Assembly (NCBI GenBank): GCA_019120235.1
Contig: DWVN01000145.1
Coordinates: 5,659 to 37,658, forward strand
Source of the DNA: Candidatus Dwaynesavagella gallinarum
GTDB taxonomy: Bacteria; Bacillota; Clostridia; Clostridiales; Clostridiaceae
Length of the DNA: 32,000 bases
Direction of reading: 5' to 3'
Positions 1 to 8,928 of this stretch are shown here, in pieces. Below the pieces are notes generated by a model, which made no database searches, was not told where the DNA came from, and saw only the letters and a list, made by a program, of their open reading frames with translations. Position 1 is the stretch's first letter; each line of letters starts with the position of its first letter. Both the position numbers and the translations under genes were made by a program.

Positions 1-629
<629 letters not shown>

Positions 630-639
630 TTATTTACGT

Positions 640-671
640 TAAAAAGAGACCTTAAAATTAAGATCTCTTCC
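640..671 (-). terminator. Rho-independent terminator of the zinc-ribbon gene
   Basis: Minus strand AAGAGATCTTAA-TT(T)-TAAGGTCTCTT followed by TTTTTAA; 3' of the 683..844 ORF. Confidence 0.7.
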
Positions 672-682
672 TAAAAATAAAA

Positions 683-844
683 CTATCTTCTAACTTCTCT
701 TTTTTGATTCTTTCTTGCACGTCTGCAATCTGGACATCTTACTGGATCATTCTCAAAACCTTTTTCTTTAAAAAACTCTTGCTCTCCAACTGTAAACACA
801 AAATCTTTTCCACAATCTTTACAAGTAATGTTCTTATCACTCAT
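683..844 (-). CDS. Small zinc-ribbon domain protein (53 aa)
   Basis: Manual minus-strand reading: MSDKNITCKDCGKDFVFTVGEQEFFKEKGFENDPVRCPDCRRARKNQKREVRR*. Two CxxC pairs (CKDC, CPDC), characteristic of the probable zinc-ribbon family. GAGGAG RBS upstream. Not in the supplied ORF track. Confidence 0.85.
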   Translation of the reverse strand: MSDKNITCKDCGKDFVFTVGEQEFFKEKGFENDPVRCPDCRRARKNQKREVRR

Positions 845-1150
845 ATTAAACACTCCTCACGTTCATAGGAATTATTTGAAGGACATTATCTTCCTTGTCA
901 AACACTTATGAACGAAAGAATCCGTACCCTTAAAACAAACCTATTTTCTATATTAATTACACTTGTAATTATATACTTAATTTATAAACAATTCAATATA
1001 AAAATTTATTATTTTTTTCTCAACTAGAAATATTGTTAAATAAATATTTACTATTCTTTCAATTATATATGTTATTTTTAATTAATTCATAAATTTTCTT
1101 CATTTAGATAATAATAATCTAGAAAACTTATTGAAAAGAAGGTGTACGTA

Positions 1151-2221
1151 ATGACATCATTAAAAGAAAATATTACCCATAATTCAAATAGTGAATTTGA
1201 TATTTATAAAAAATTAACAGAAGAAGAAATTAATAGATTAAAACAACTAAATGATTCTCTACAATACAAACTATCTATAACAAGTAACTTACTAGATATA
1301 AGTAAATATCTAAATATGGGAATTGGAAATGATAACATTTTTAATATAATAAACGATGTTGCAATTGCAATATTTGGAGTTAAATACTCAACAATAATTG
1401 TTAAAGAAGATTCTAACACCTATTTAAATATCTCAAATGTAAACAGCAAAAACTATAAAAACTTTAATTTTATGTATAAATTTTTTGGTGAAGAAACTTT
1501 CTTACTCTCTTGTAAAAATGAATTAAGTATTGATTCTATAAAAGAACCTGATTCAAAATCTTTAATTGGATATCCTATATTTTGCAAAAAAAAATTCGTA
1601 GGATATATGATTCTTGAACACCCTTATGAAAATTTCTTTGATCACCATAAGGTTCACTTTTTAGGTGCACTTGCAGACCTTCTTGCTATGACTTATGAAA
1701 ATTACACTTTATATAAACAACTTGATGAAAAATCTAAAAATGATCCAAGTTTAAATATTTTAACTAGAGTTGAATTCATGGAAAGATTAAATTTCATTGC
1801 AAAGAAAAAACCAAAAAAAGATTTTGCAATTGTAATGATGGATATTGATAATTTTAAATCAATAAATGATTCTCATGGTCATCTTTTTGGAGATTCTGCA
1901 CTAGTTCAAACTACAAATGCAATAAAAAATTTAGTTGGAGAACGTGACATGCTTGCAAGATACGGCGGAGAAGAATTCATAATGTATATAGATTCATTTG
2001 AAAATCCAAAAGACTTACTTATTAAAGTTGAGAAAATTCGAAAAACCGTTGAAAGCAATACAATAGAATTAAATGGATCAAAATCAAGTGTAACTATGAG
2101 TTTTGGTATAGCTATTTACCCATATGATGGAAAAACAATTGATCAACTCTTAAATCATGCAGATAATATGCTCTATAAAGCTAAAGATAAAGGTAAAAAT
2201 AAAGTAGAAATTACCCTTTAA
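1151..2221 (+). CDS. GAF-like sensor plus GGDEF diguanylate cyclase
   Basis: C-terminal MMDIDNFKSINDSHGH...ARYGGEEFIMYI...SFGIAIYPYDG...ADNMLYKAKDKGKNKV is a GGDEF domain with an intact GGEEF. The N-terminal ~170 aa resemble a GAF domain. The track start is GTG 1142; ATG 1151 after AAGAAGGTG looks more likely. Confidence 0.9.
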   Translation: MTSLKENITHNSNSEFDIYKKLTEEEINRLKQLNDSLQYKLSITSNLLDISKYLNMGIGNDNIFNIINDVAIAIFGVKYSTIIVKEDSNTYLNISNVNSKNYKNFNFMYKFFGEETFLLSCKNELSIDSIKEPDSKSLIGYPIFCKKKFVGYMILEHPYENFFDHHKVHFLGALADLLAMTYENYTLYKQLDEKSKNDPSLNILTRVEFMERLNFIAKKKPKKDFAIVMMDIDNFKSINDSHGHLFGDSALVQTTNAIKNLVGERDMLARYGGEEFIMYIDSFENPKDLLIKVEKIRKTVESNTIELNGSKSSVTMSFGIAIYPYDGKTIDQLLNHADNMLYKAKDKGKNKVEITL

Positions 2222-2281
2222 ATTTTATTGATGGTGTACCATTTTGTATGTATAATATAATTTGCAAACAAGTTTTAGGGA

Positions 2282-2986
2282 GTGATCAATTTGAACTTAT
2301 TTGCAATATCGGATTTACATCTATCTTTTAGTTCAAAGAAACTCATGAATATTTTTGGAGATAAATGGATTAATCATTTCGATAAAATTAAAGAAAATTG
2401 GATAAAAATGATTTCTAAAAATGATTTCGTATTACTTTGTGGTGATTTTTCATGGGCAATGAACTTAAATGAAGCAATGCCTGATTTAGATTGGTTAAAT
2501 TCACTTCCAGGTAAGAAAATACTTATAAAAGGTAATCATGATTTTTGGTGGAATGGTATAAATAAATTAAATTCAATATATGAAAATATTAAATTTATTC
2601 AAAATAGTTATATTCCTTTTAAAGATTACGCTATATGCGGAAGTAGAGGCTTTAATATAGAAATTTGTGAAAATCAAGATGAGAAACAACATTTGAAAAT
2701 TCTAGAAAGAGAAAAAATAAGAATGGAACTTTCTCTAAATTCAGCAATAAAAGACGGATTTAAAAAATTTATTTATATGATTCATTATCCTCCCTTTACT
2801 ACAAATAATGAATGTAATAATAAAAATATATTTTTAGATTTAATAGATGAATATAAAATTGAAAAAGTATTGTATGGTCATATCCACAGTAACTTTGAAA
2901 AATTTTATGACAGAAAAATAAATAATACTAGTTACTATTTAACCTCTTGTGATTACCTAAATTTTACACCATTAAAAATATTATAA
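2282..2986 (+). CDS. Calcineurin-like metallophosphoesterase
   Basis: Motifs ISDLHLSF, LLCGDFSWAM, KGNHDFWW, MIHYPPF and YGHIHSN; GTG start after AGGGA. Confidence 0.9.
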   Translation: MINLNLFAISDLHLSFSSKKLMNIFGDKWINHFDKIKENWIKMISKNDFVLLCGDFSWAMNLNEAMPDLDWLNSLPGKKILIKGNHDFWWNGINKLNSIYENIKFIQNSYIPFKDYAICGSRGFNIEICENQDEKQHLKILEREKIRMELSLNSAIKDGFKKFIYMIHYPPFTTNNECNNKNIFLDLIDEYKIEKVLYGHIHSNFEKFYDRKINNTSYYLTSCDYLNFTPLKIL

Positions 2987-3025
2987 TAAAATCTATTATT
3001 TTTTAGCTAAAATGGGTGATGTATT

Positions 3026-3817
3026 ATGGCTATAAAACAATGGAAAACTTTTCTTATGCCATATCAACAAGCTGTTGAAGAATTAAAAATTAAATTTAAA
3101 AGTATTCGTAGTGAATTTAAATTTAGAAACGAATACTCACCTATTGAATTTGTAACAGGTAGAGTAAAAGAAGTTTCTAGTATTTTAGAAAAAGTTAAAA
3201 AATTCAATATTCCTATGGATAAAATCGAATATGAACTTGAAGATATAGCTGGAATTAGAATAATGTGTCAATTTGTAGATGATATAACAAAAGTTGTAAA
3301 TATAATTAGAAAAAGAAAAGATCTTTCTATTTTATATGAAAAAGACTACATAACAAACGTTAAAGAAAGTGGATATAGAAGTTATCACATAATAATTAAA
3401 TACCCTGTTAATTTATCTATTGGATGTAAAGAAATTATTTCAGAAATTCAAATTAGAACTTTAGGGATGAATTTTTGGGCTACAGCTGAACATTCATTAA
3501 ATTATAAGTATAAGGAGCTTATCCCTCCAAATTTAAAAAAGAAATTAAAAGAAGCTGCAGATGCTGCTTATCAATTAGATGAATTAATGATGCAAATAAA
3601 AGATGAAATCAAAGATGCTCAAAGACTTTTTGGAGTAAAATCCAATATTGTTTCAAACATAAATGAGAGCTTAATTAGTTTAATTTCTCTTGGAAGGGTT
3701 AAAGAATCCAGTAATTATCAACTTCAATTAACTACACTTATTGAAATTGGCGATATAAACCAATTAAATTCCCTTTTATTATCAATTCAAAGAGATATCG
3801 ATAAATATAAAAAGTAA
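3026..3817 (+). CDS. Small alarmone synthetase, RelQ/YjbM-like GTP pyrophosphokinase (no HD hydrolase domain)
   Basis: EYELEDIAGIRIMCQFVDD...GYRSYHIIIKYPV...EIQIRTLGMNFWATAEHSLNYKYK, typical single-domain RelA/SpoT synthetase motifs. Confidence 0.88.
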   Translation: MAIKQWKTFLMPYQQAVEELKIKFKSIRSEFKFRNEYSPIEFVTGRVKEVSSILEKVKKFNIPMDKIEYELEDIAGIRIMCQFVDDITKVVNIIRKRKDLSILYEKDYITNVKESGYRSYHIIIKYPVNLSIGCKEIISEIQIRTLGMNFWATAEHSLNYKYKELIPPNLKKKLKEAADAAYQLDELMMQIKDEIKDAQRLFGVKSNIVSNINESLISLISLGRVKESSNYQLQLTTLIEIGDINQLNSLLLSIQRDIDKYKK

Positions 3818-3857
3818 TAAGACTTCTATTTGTAATATTTTAGAAGTCTTATATTTT
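3818..3857 (+). terminator. Rho-independent terminator
   Basis: Perfect 11-bp stem TAAGACTTCTA (3818-3828) / TAGAAGTCTTA (3841-3851), then TATTTTA, right after the stop at 3817. Confidence 0.75.
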
Positions 3858-3886
3858 ACACAATAATTAAATTACGAGGTCTATTT

Positions 3887-5482
3887 ATGAATAATTTTTC
3901 ACACGAGATTAAAAAAAGAAGAACCTTTGCTATAATATCTCACCCAGATGCTGGTAAAACTACACTAACTGAAAAACTTCTATTATACGGTGGTGCTATA
4001 AGACTTGCAGGTTCTGTTAAAGCACGTAAAGCTTCAAAACACGCTACTTCTGACTGGATGGATATAGAAAAACAACGTGGAATATCTGTAACAAGTTCTG
4101 TTTTACAATTCCATTATGACGATTATTGTATAAATATTTTAGATACACCAGGACACGAGGATTTTTCAGAAGATACATATAGAACTCTTGTAGCAGCTGA
4201 TTCTGCTGTAATGGTTATTGATGGCTCTAAAGGAATAGAGCTTCAAACAAAGAAACTATTTCAAGTTTGTGCTCTTAGAAATATTCCAATTTTTACATTT
4301 ATAAATAAAATCGACCGTGAAATAAAAAATCCTTTCGATTTACTAGAAGAAATTGAAAAAGAATTAAATATAAAATGCTATCCTGTAAATTGGCCAATTG
4401 GATGTGGACAAGACTTTAAAGGAATTTACCAAAGAGATGAAGAAAAAATTTATACTTTCTCATCAAAAAACCACGGTCAAAATATTTCAGCTTCTCATTC
4501 TGGAAATTATAATGATGAGATTTTTAAAAACATACTAGGAGAAAATCTGCATTCAAACCTAATTGAAGAAATCGAACTTTTAAAACTTACAGAAACCCCT
4601 TTTAATTCTGAACAAATATTAAACGGAGAACTTACTCCTGTGTTTTTTGGATCTGCTATAACTAATTTTGGTGTTGAAATCTTTCTAAAAAATTTCTTAA
4701 AATATTCCTCAGAACCCTCAAAAAGAGAATCAACTATTGGAGATATATCTCCTTATGAAGATTTTTTCTCAGCATTTATATTTAAAATTCAAGCTAATAT
4801 GAATCCTAAACATAGAGATAGAATTGCATTTATGAGAATTTGTTCTGGAAAATTTGAAAAAGGCATGGAAGTTTCTCATATTCAAAATAACAATAAAATT
4901 AAACTCTCCCAACCTCAACAATTTTTTGCTCAAGATAAAGAATTTATTGATGAAGCCTACGCTGGAGATATTATAGGTGTGTTTGATCCAGGAATATTTT
5001 CAATAGGAGATACTTTAACAACTTCTCCTAAAAACTTCAAATTTAATGGTATGCCATCTTTTGCACCAGAATTATTTGCAAATATAAAACCTATTAATTC
5101 AATGAAAAGAAAACAATTTATAAAAGGAATTACTCAAATAGCTCAAGAAGGTGCTATTCAAGTTTTTAAAGAAATTAATTTTGGAATGGAAGAAGTTATA
5201 GTTGGTGTAATAGGTAATCTTCAATTTGAAGTGCTAGAATATAGATTAAAACACGAATATAACACAGAAATTAAAATAAATAAACTTCCATATAATTTAA
5301 TACGTTGGATAGAAAAATGTGATATTCCCATAGATAAACTTAATTTAACTAGTGATACAAAAAAAGCTACCGATTTAAAAAATAGAAATATTTTAATTTT
5401 TCAAAATGCTTGGGGAATTCAATGGGCTATTGATAAAAATCCTTCAATTATTTTATCTGATATTGGAAAATTCCAAGAGTAA
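3887..5482 (+). CDS. prfC: Peptide chain release factor 3
   Basis: AIISHPDAGKTTLTEKLLLYGGAIRLAGSVKARK...TSDWMDIEKQRGISVTSSV...NILDTPGHEDFSEDTYRTL...; full-length RF3 of the translational GTPase family. Confidence 0.96.
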   Translation: MNNFSHEIKKRRTFAIISHPDAGKTTLTEKLLLYGGAIRLAGSVKARKASKHATSDWMDIEKQRGISVTSSVLQFHYDDYCINILDTPGHEDFSEDTYRTLVAADSAVMVIDGSKGIELQTKKLFQVCALRNIPIFTFINKIDREIKNPFDLLEEIEKELNIKCYPVNWPIGCGQDFKGIYQRDEEKIYTFSSKNHGQNISASHSGNYNDEIFKNILGENLHSNLIEEIELLKLTETPFNSEQILNGELTPVFFGSAITNFGVEIFLKNFLKYSSEPSKRESTIGDISPYEDFFSAFIFKIQANMNPKHRDRIAFMRICSGKFEKGMEVSHIQNNNKIKLSQPQQFFAQDKEFIDEAYAGDIIGVFDPGIFSIGDTLTTSPKNFKFNGMPSFAPELFANIKPINSMKRKQFIKGITQIAQEGAIQVFKEINFGMEEVIVGVIGNLQFEVLEYRLKHEYNTEIKINKLPYNLIRWIEKCDIPIDKLNLTSDTKKATDLKNRNILIFQNAWGIQWAIDKNPSIILSDIGKFQE

Positions 5483-5545
5483 AATATTTATAATTTGTTA
5501 ATAATAAAAATGATTTAATTTTTATTTTTAAAAGGAGTTGTTTTT

Positions 5546-5710
5546 ATGGAAAAATTTTACGGACCAAATATTCGTATTTCTGATGAAACAGACAATTCAG
5601 TTAAAAATTTCAATAAATTAAATCATTCAAATATACCAAATCCAAAAACAAACCCAATCGTTGTAAATAATATTTCAACAAGTGAATTTGATTATACAGA
5701 AAAACCATAA
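5546..5710 (+). CDS. Hypothetical small protein (54 aa)
   Basis: Manual reading: AAAGGAG RBS (5532-5537), ATG 5546, MEKFYGPNIRISDETDNSVKNFNKLNHSNIPNPKTNPIVVNNISTSEFDYTEKP*, immediately followed by a strong terminator. Confidence 0.55.
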   Translation: MEKFYGPNIRISDETDNSVKNFNKLNHSNIPNPKTNPIVVNNISTSEFDYTEKP

Positions 5711-5743
5711 AAAATAGGTGCTTTTAAAAAGCACCTATTTTTT
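5711..5743. terminator. Bidirectional rho-independent terminator
   Basis: AAAATAGGTGCTTTT-AAAAAGCACCTATTTTTT between convergent ORFs. Confidence 0.88.
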
Positions 5744-6184
5744 GGATTTATATACCATGTTTATATGTGGAAGTCCAGATTCTAAATACTCTTCTCCCTC
5801 TTCAACAAATCCAAGCTTTTTATAAAAATTCACAGCATGTACCCGAGATCTTATTTTTATAATATTTTCATTTAACTCATTTTCTATAAATTTTATACTT
5901 TCACTTAATAGTTTCTTACAAAACCCTTTTCCTCTATATAATTTATTTGACATAACTCTCCCAAAAGAAACTTCAGGAAAATTTACTCCTTTATTAAAAA
6001 TTCTAGTGTATGCTAATATTTCACCATTATCCTCTACAAAATGATGATAACAATCATAATCTAAACTATCCAAATCCTGATAAACACATTTTTGATCAAC
6101 AATAAAAACTTGAACTCTTAATTTAATAATTTCGTATAATTCTTTAGATGTAAGTTCATTAAATTTTTTAATTACTAAATTCAT
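5735..6184 (-). CDS. GNAT-family N-acetyltransferase, ElaA-like
   Basis: MNLVIKKFNELTSKELYEIIKLRVQVFIVDQKCVYQDLDSLDYDCYHHF...GRVMSNKLYRGKGFCKKLLSES...NFYKKLGFVEEGEEYLESGLPHINM. Reads from CAT at 6182-6184 on the minus strand; the track says '+'. Confidence 0.85.
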   Translation of the reverse strand: MNLVIKKFNELTSKELYEIIKLRVQVFIVDQKCVYQDLDSLDYDCYHHFVEDNGEILAYTRIFNKGVNFPEVSFGRVMSNKLYRGKGFCKKLLSESIKFIENELNENIIKIRSRVHAVNFYKKLGFVEEGEEYLESGLPHINMVYKSKK

Positions 6185-6317
6185 AAATTACCTCAAAATC
6201 AAAATTTAAAAAAATATATCAAAAATCAAATAAAATAATATCATAAATTTAAGTAGAAATATATAAAATATTTTTTCATACTATATTAAAATATTAATTT
6301 TTATTGGAGAGATTTTA

Positions 6318-7139
6318 ATGAATATATTAATACTAGGTGGAGACGAAAGATTTATTTCTCTTGAAAAAATTCTTAATGAAAATAATTTTAAAACTAAAAC
6401 TTCTTTTTTAAATTCAAATGATGAAAATTTCAAAAAAATAAATAATTTTGATATAATTTTTCTTCCAATACCTTTTTCAAAAAATAATTTCTTAAACGCA
6501 CCTTTTTATTCTGAAAAAATAAATACTGAAAGTATATTTTCTAACCTAAAAAATTTCAAAGGTAAAATAATTGGGGGATTTGATAAAAATTCAGAAAACA
6601 CATTAAAAGAAATGAATTTAAACTTTATAAATATTTTAAAAGATGAAAAATTTACTTTAATAAACGCAATAATAACAGCTGAAGGTTCCATAGAAAAATT
6701 AATTCATGAAAGTGAAAAAAGTTTATTTGAATCAAAAGTTTGTATAATTGGATATGGACGCGTTTCAAAAGCACTTTCAAGAAGAATAGAACCATTATGC
6801 GAAGATTTAATTGTTTATAATAATCCTTCAATAAACTATGTTTATACAAAAATAGATAATATAAAATCTAGAACAATAGATAATTTCAAAAATGAAGCAA
6901 AAAACTTTGATATAATCATAAATACAATACCTCATTTAATAATAACAAAAGAAATTTTAAATTCATTAAACAAAAAAACATTAATTTTAGACTTATCTTC
7001 ACTTCCTGGAGGAGTAGACTTTAAATATGCAAATATTAAAAACATAAAAACAATACACTATTTGGGAATACCTGCAAAAGTTTCAAGGGAAAGCTCTTCA
7101 AAAGCTATATTTAATTTTTTTAAAGAAAATTTAAAATAA
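6318..7139 (+). CDS. Dipicolinate synthase subunit A-like NAD(P)-binding protein (DpaA/SpoVFA-like)
   Basis: AIITAEGSIEKLIHESEKSLFESKVCIIGYGRVSKALSRRI...IIINTIPHLIITKEILNSL...LILDLSSLPGGVDFKYA...IHYLGIPAKVSRESSSKAI matches the SpoVFA pattern (ITAEGAI, GxGRxG, NTIPxLVLT, DLASKPGGVDF, LPGKVAP). Confidence 0.75.
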   Translation: MNILILGGDERFISLEKILNENNFKTKTSFLNSNDENFKKINNFDIIFLPIPFSKNNFLNAPFYSEKINTESIFSNLKNFKGKIIGGFDKNSENTLKEMNLNFINILKDEKFTLINAIITAEGSIEKLIHESEKSLFESKVCIIGYGRVSKALSRRIEPLCEDLIVYNNPSINYVYTKIDNIKSRTIDNFKNEAKNFDIIINTIPHLIITKEILNSLNKKTLILDLSSLPGGVDFKYANIKNIKTIHYLGIPAKVSRESSSKAIFNFFKENLK

Positions 7140-7191
7140 TGAATAATTTATATATAAAATTACAAAACTAATCTCAAAGGAAGTGATTATT

Positions 7192-7344
7192 ATGGATCCA
7201 AAAGACCTTTGGGATATAGATAATATATTTGATTTAGTTGAAAATAACCATAACGAATTTAATAACTCACCTCAATATAATGAATATACAAATAATATAA
7301 ATGATTCTGAATTTGATCCACTTAATAACGATTTTTTCATATAA
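7192..7344 (+). CDS. Hypothetical small acidic protein (50 aa)
   Basis: Manual reading: AAAGGAAG RBS, ATG 7192, MDPKDLWDIDNIFDLVENNHNEFNNSPQYNEYTNNINDSEFDPLNNDFFI*, followed directly by a terminator. Confidence 0.55.
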   Translation: MDPKDLWDIDNIFDLVENNHNEFNNSPQYNEYTNNINDSEFDPLNNDFFI

Positions 7345-7376
7345 AAAAGACTAGTCTTTTAAGGCTAGTCTTTTTT
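7343..7376. terminator. Bidirectional rho-independent terminator
   Basis: 12-bp stem AAAAAAGACTAG (7343-7354) / CTAGTCTTTTTT (7365-7376) between the convergent 50-aa ORF and tyrS. Confidence 0.8.
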
Positions 7377-8595
7377 ATATTAAATTAAGAACATAAAAAT
7401 TTTTCTTTCCTTTTTTAATTATTGCTTTTCCATCTTTAAAAGCATCTATATTTAAAATAAAATTCACATCACTTATTTTATTTTCATTTAAAGCAACCCC
7501 ACCTTGAGTTACAAGTCTTCTTCCTTCTGATTTTGATGGAAATATTTTCTTAGAAACCAAAATGTCTAACAAACTGCATCCAAGCTCACTTTCTGAAACA
7601 TCATACTTAGGTGCATTATCTAAATTTCCTTCTTTTGAAAACAAAGCACGTGATGCTTCCATACATTTAATCGCTTCTTCTTCTCCATGTATAATTTTAG
7701 TTACTTCAAAAGCTAATACTTCTTTTGCTTTATTAATTTGTTCTCCCTCTACACTACACAACTCTTTAATTTCATTAAGAGGAACAAATGTAAGCATCTT
7801 TAATGTTTTCTCAACATCTTTATCATCAATATTTCTCCAATATTGATAAAAATCATATATAGATGTTTTTTCCTTATCAAGCCATATAGCACCACTTTCA
7901 GTTTTACCCATTTTCTTTCCATCACTTGTTAAAAGTAAATTACATGTAAGGGCATAAACTTGTTTTCCAGTTTTTCTTCTAATTAAATCCATACCACCAA
8001 TCATATTTGACCATTGATCGTCTCCACCAAGCTGCATAATACAATTATATTTTTGATTAAGTACTAAAAAATCATATGATTGCATAATCATATAATTAAA
8101 CTCTAAAAAACTAAGTCCTTTTTCAAGCCTCTGTTTAAAGCATTCTGCTCTTAACATATTATTAACTGAAAAATTAACACCAATATCTCTCAAAAATTCT
8201 ATATAATTAAGATTTAGAAGCCAATCTGAATTATCAACCATTATAGCTTTATCATCTGAAAAATCTATAAATTTTGATATTTGCCCCTTAATTTTTCTTA
8301 TATTTTCTTCAATAACATCTCTTGATAACATTTTTCTCATATCAGTTTTTCCTGTAGGGTCACCAACCATAACAGTTCCCCCACCAACTAAAACAATAGG
8401 TTTATGACCATATTTTTGCATATGAGCCATAAACATAAGGGTAACAAAATGACCAACTGTTAAACTATCTGCAGTAGGATCATAACCTATGTAAAATACA
8501 ACTTTATCCTCATTAATATTTTTTTTAATTTCATATTCATGAGTCATTTGTTTTATAAAACCACGACTCTCTAATTCTTCAAATAAACTCATCAT
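7375..8595 (-). CDS. tyrS: Tyrosyl-tRNA synthetase
   Basis: [71 protein letters not shown] (KMSKS-like) and a C-terminal S4 domain. Reads on the minus strand; the track says '+'. Confidence 0.96.
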   Translation of the reverse strand: MMSLFEELESRGFIKQMTHEYEIKKNINEDKVVFYIGYDPTADSLTVGHFVTLMFMAHMQKYGHKPIVLVGGGTVMVGDPTGKTDMRKMLSRDVIEENIRKIKGQISKFIDFSDDKAIMVDNSDWLLNLNYIEFLRDIGVNFSVNNMLRAECFKQRLEKGLSFLEFNYMIMQSYDFLVLNQKYNCIMQLGGDDQWSNMIGGMDLIRRKTGKQVYALTCNLLLTSDGKKMGKTESGAIWLDKEKTSIYDFYQYWRNIDDKDVEKTLKMLTFVPLNEIKELCSVEGEQINKAKEVLAFEVTKIIHGEEEAIKCMEASRALFSKEGNLDNAPKYDVSESELGCSLLDILVSKKIFPSKSEGRRLVTQGGVALNENKISDVNFILNIDAFKDGKAIIKKGKKNFYVLNLI

Positions 8596-8698
8596 ATTCC
8601 CTCTTAGTTTATAATTAAAATTTTTCTAAATTATAACATACCTAAATAAATTTACAAAATATAAATTTAAATTGTTATATACAAATAGTTATCAACAC

Positions 8699-8720
8699 TA
8701 TTAACATATATATGTTAATA
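8699..8720. repeat. 22-bp perfect palindrome upstream of tyrS
   Basis: TATTAACATATATATGTTAATA equals its own reverse complement; lies ~105 bp upstream of the tyrS start. Confidence 0.6.
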
Positions 8721-8873
8721 ACTTTATTTTTTTATAATTAATTATAGAAATATTTTATATTTTTCAAATATTTACCATTATTAATAACAAAATTTTAAAA
8801 TATTTATTCCTTATATCTAAATTTATAAACACATTATTGCATCGATATTTAGCTAAATTAATAATATTTTTCC

Positions 8874-8919
8874 ACAAAAATTAATACTTTTCCACAAAAT
8901 ATATGTGGAAAAGTATTAA
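8874..8919 (-). terminator. Rho-independent terminator downstream of the glucan synthase gene
   Basis: 16-bp perfect stem TTAATACTTTTCCACA (8881-8896) / TGTGGAAAAGTATTAA (8904-8919), 7-nt loop. On the minus strand it is followed by TTTTTG; sits just 3' of the 8929 stop. Confidence 0.75.
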
Positions 8920-8928
8920 AAATTTGCT

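Noticed and set aside
1204-1419. Antisense ORF (71 aa, -) within the diguanylate cyclase gene
   Set aside because: Lies entirely opposite a well-supported GAF-GGDEF coding region; no RBS or family resemblance.
6506-6849. Two ORFs (6506..6691, 6652..6849) overlapping the DpaA-like gene
   Set aside because: Out-of-frame or antisense shadows of a supported gene; low-complexity composition.
7562-7846. 94-aa ORF antisense to tyrS
   Set aside because: On the plus strand inside the tyrS coding region; its Ser/Leu/Thr-rich sequence is typical of antisense reading of a conserved gene.
8660-8919. Possible DnaA-box-like elements (TTATCAACA, TTTTCCACA) suggesting an origin or replication-associated site
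   Set aside because: Only two degenerate 9-mers, one of them part of the terminator stem. There is no dnaA/dnaN/gyr context, and such matches are expected by chance in AT-rich DNA.
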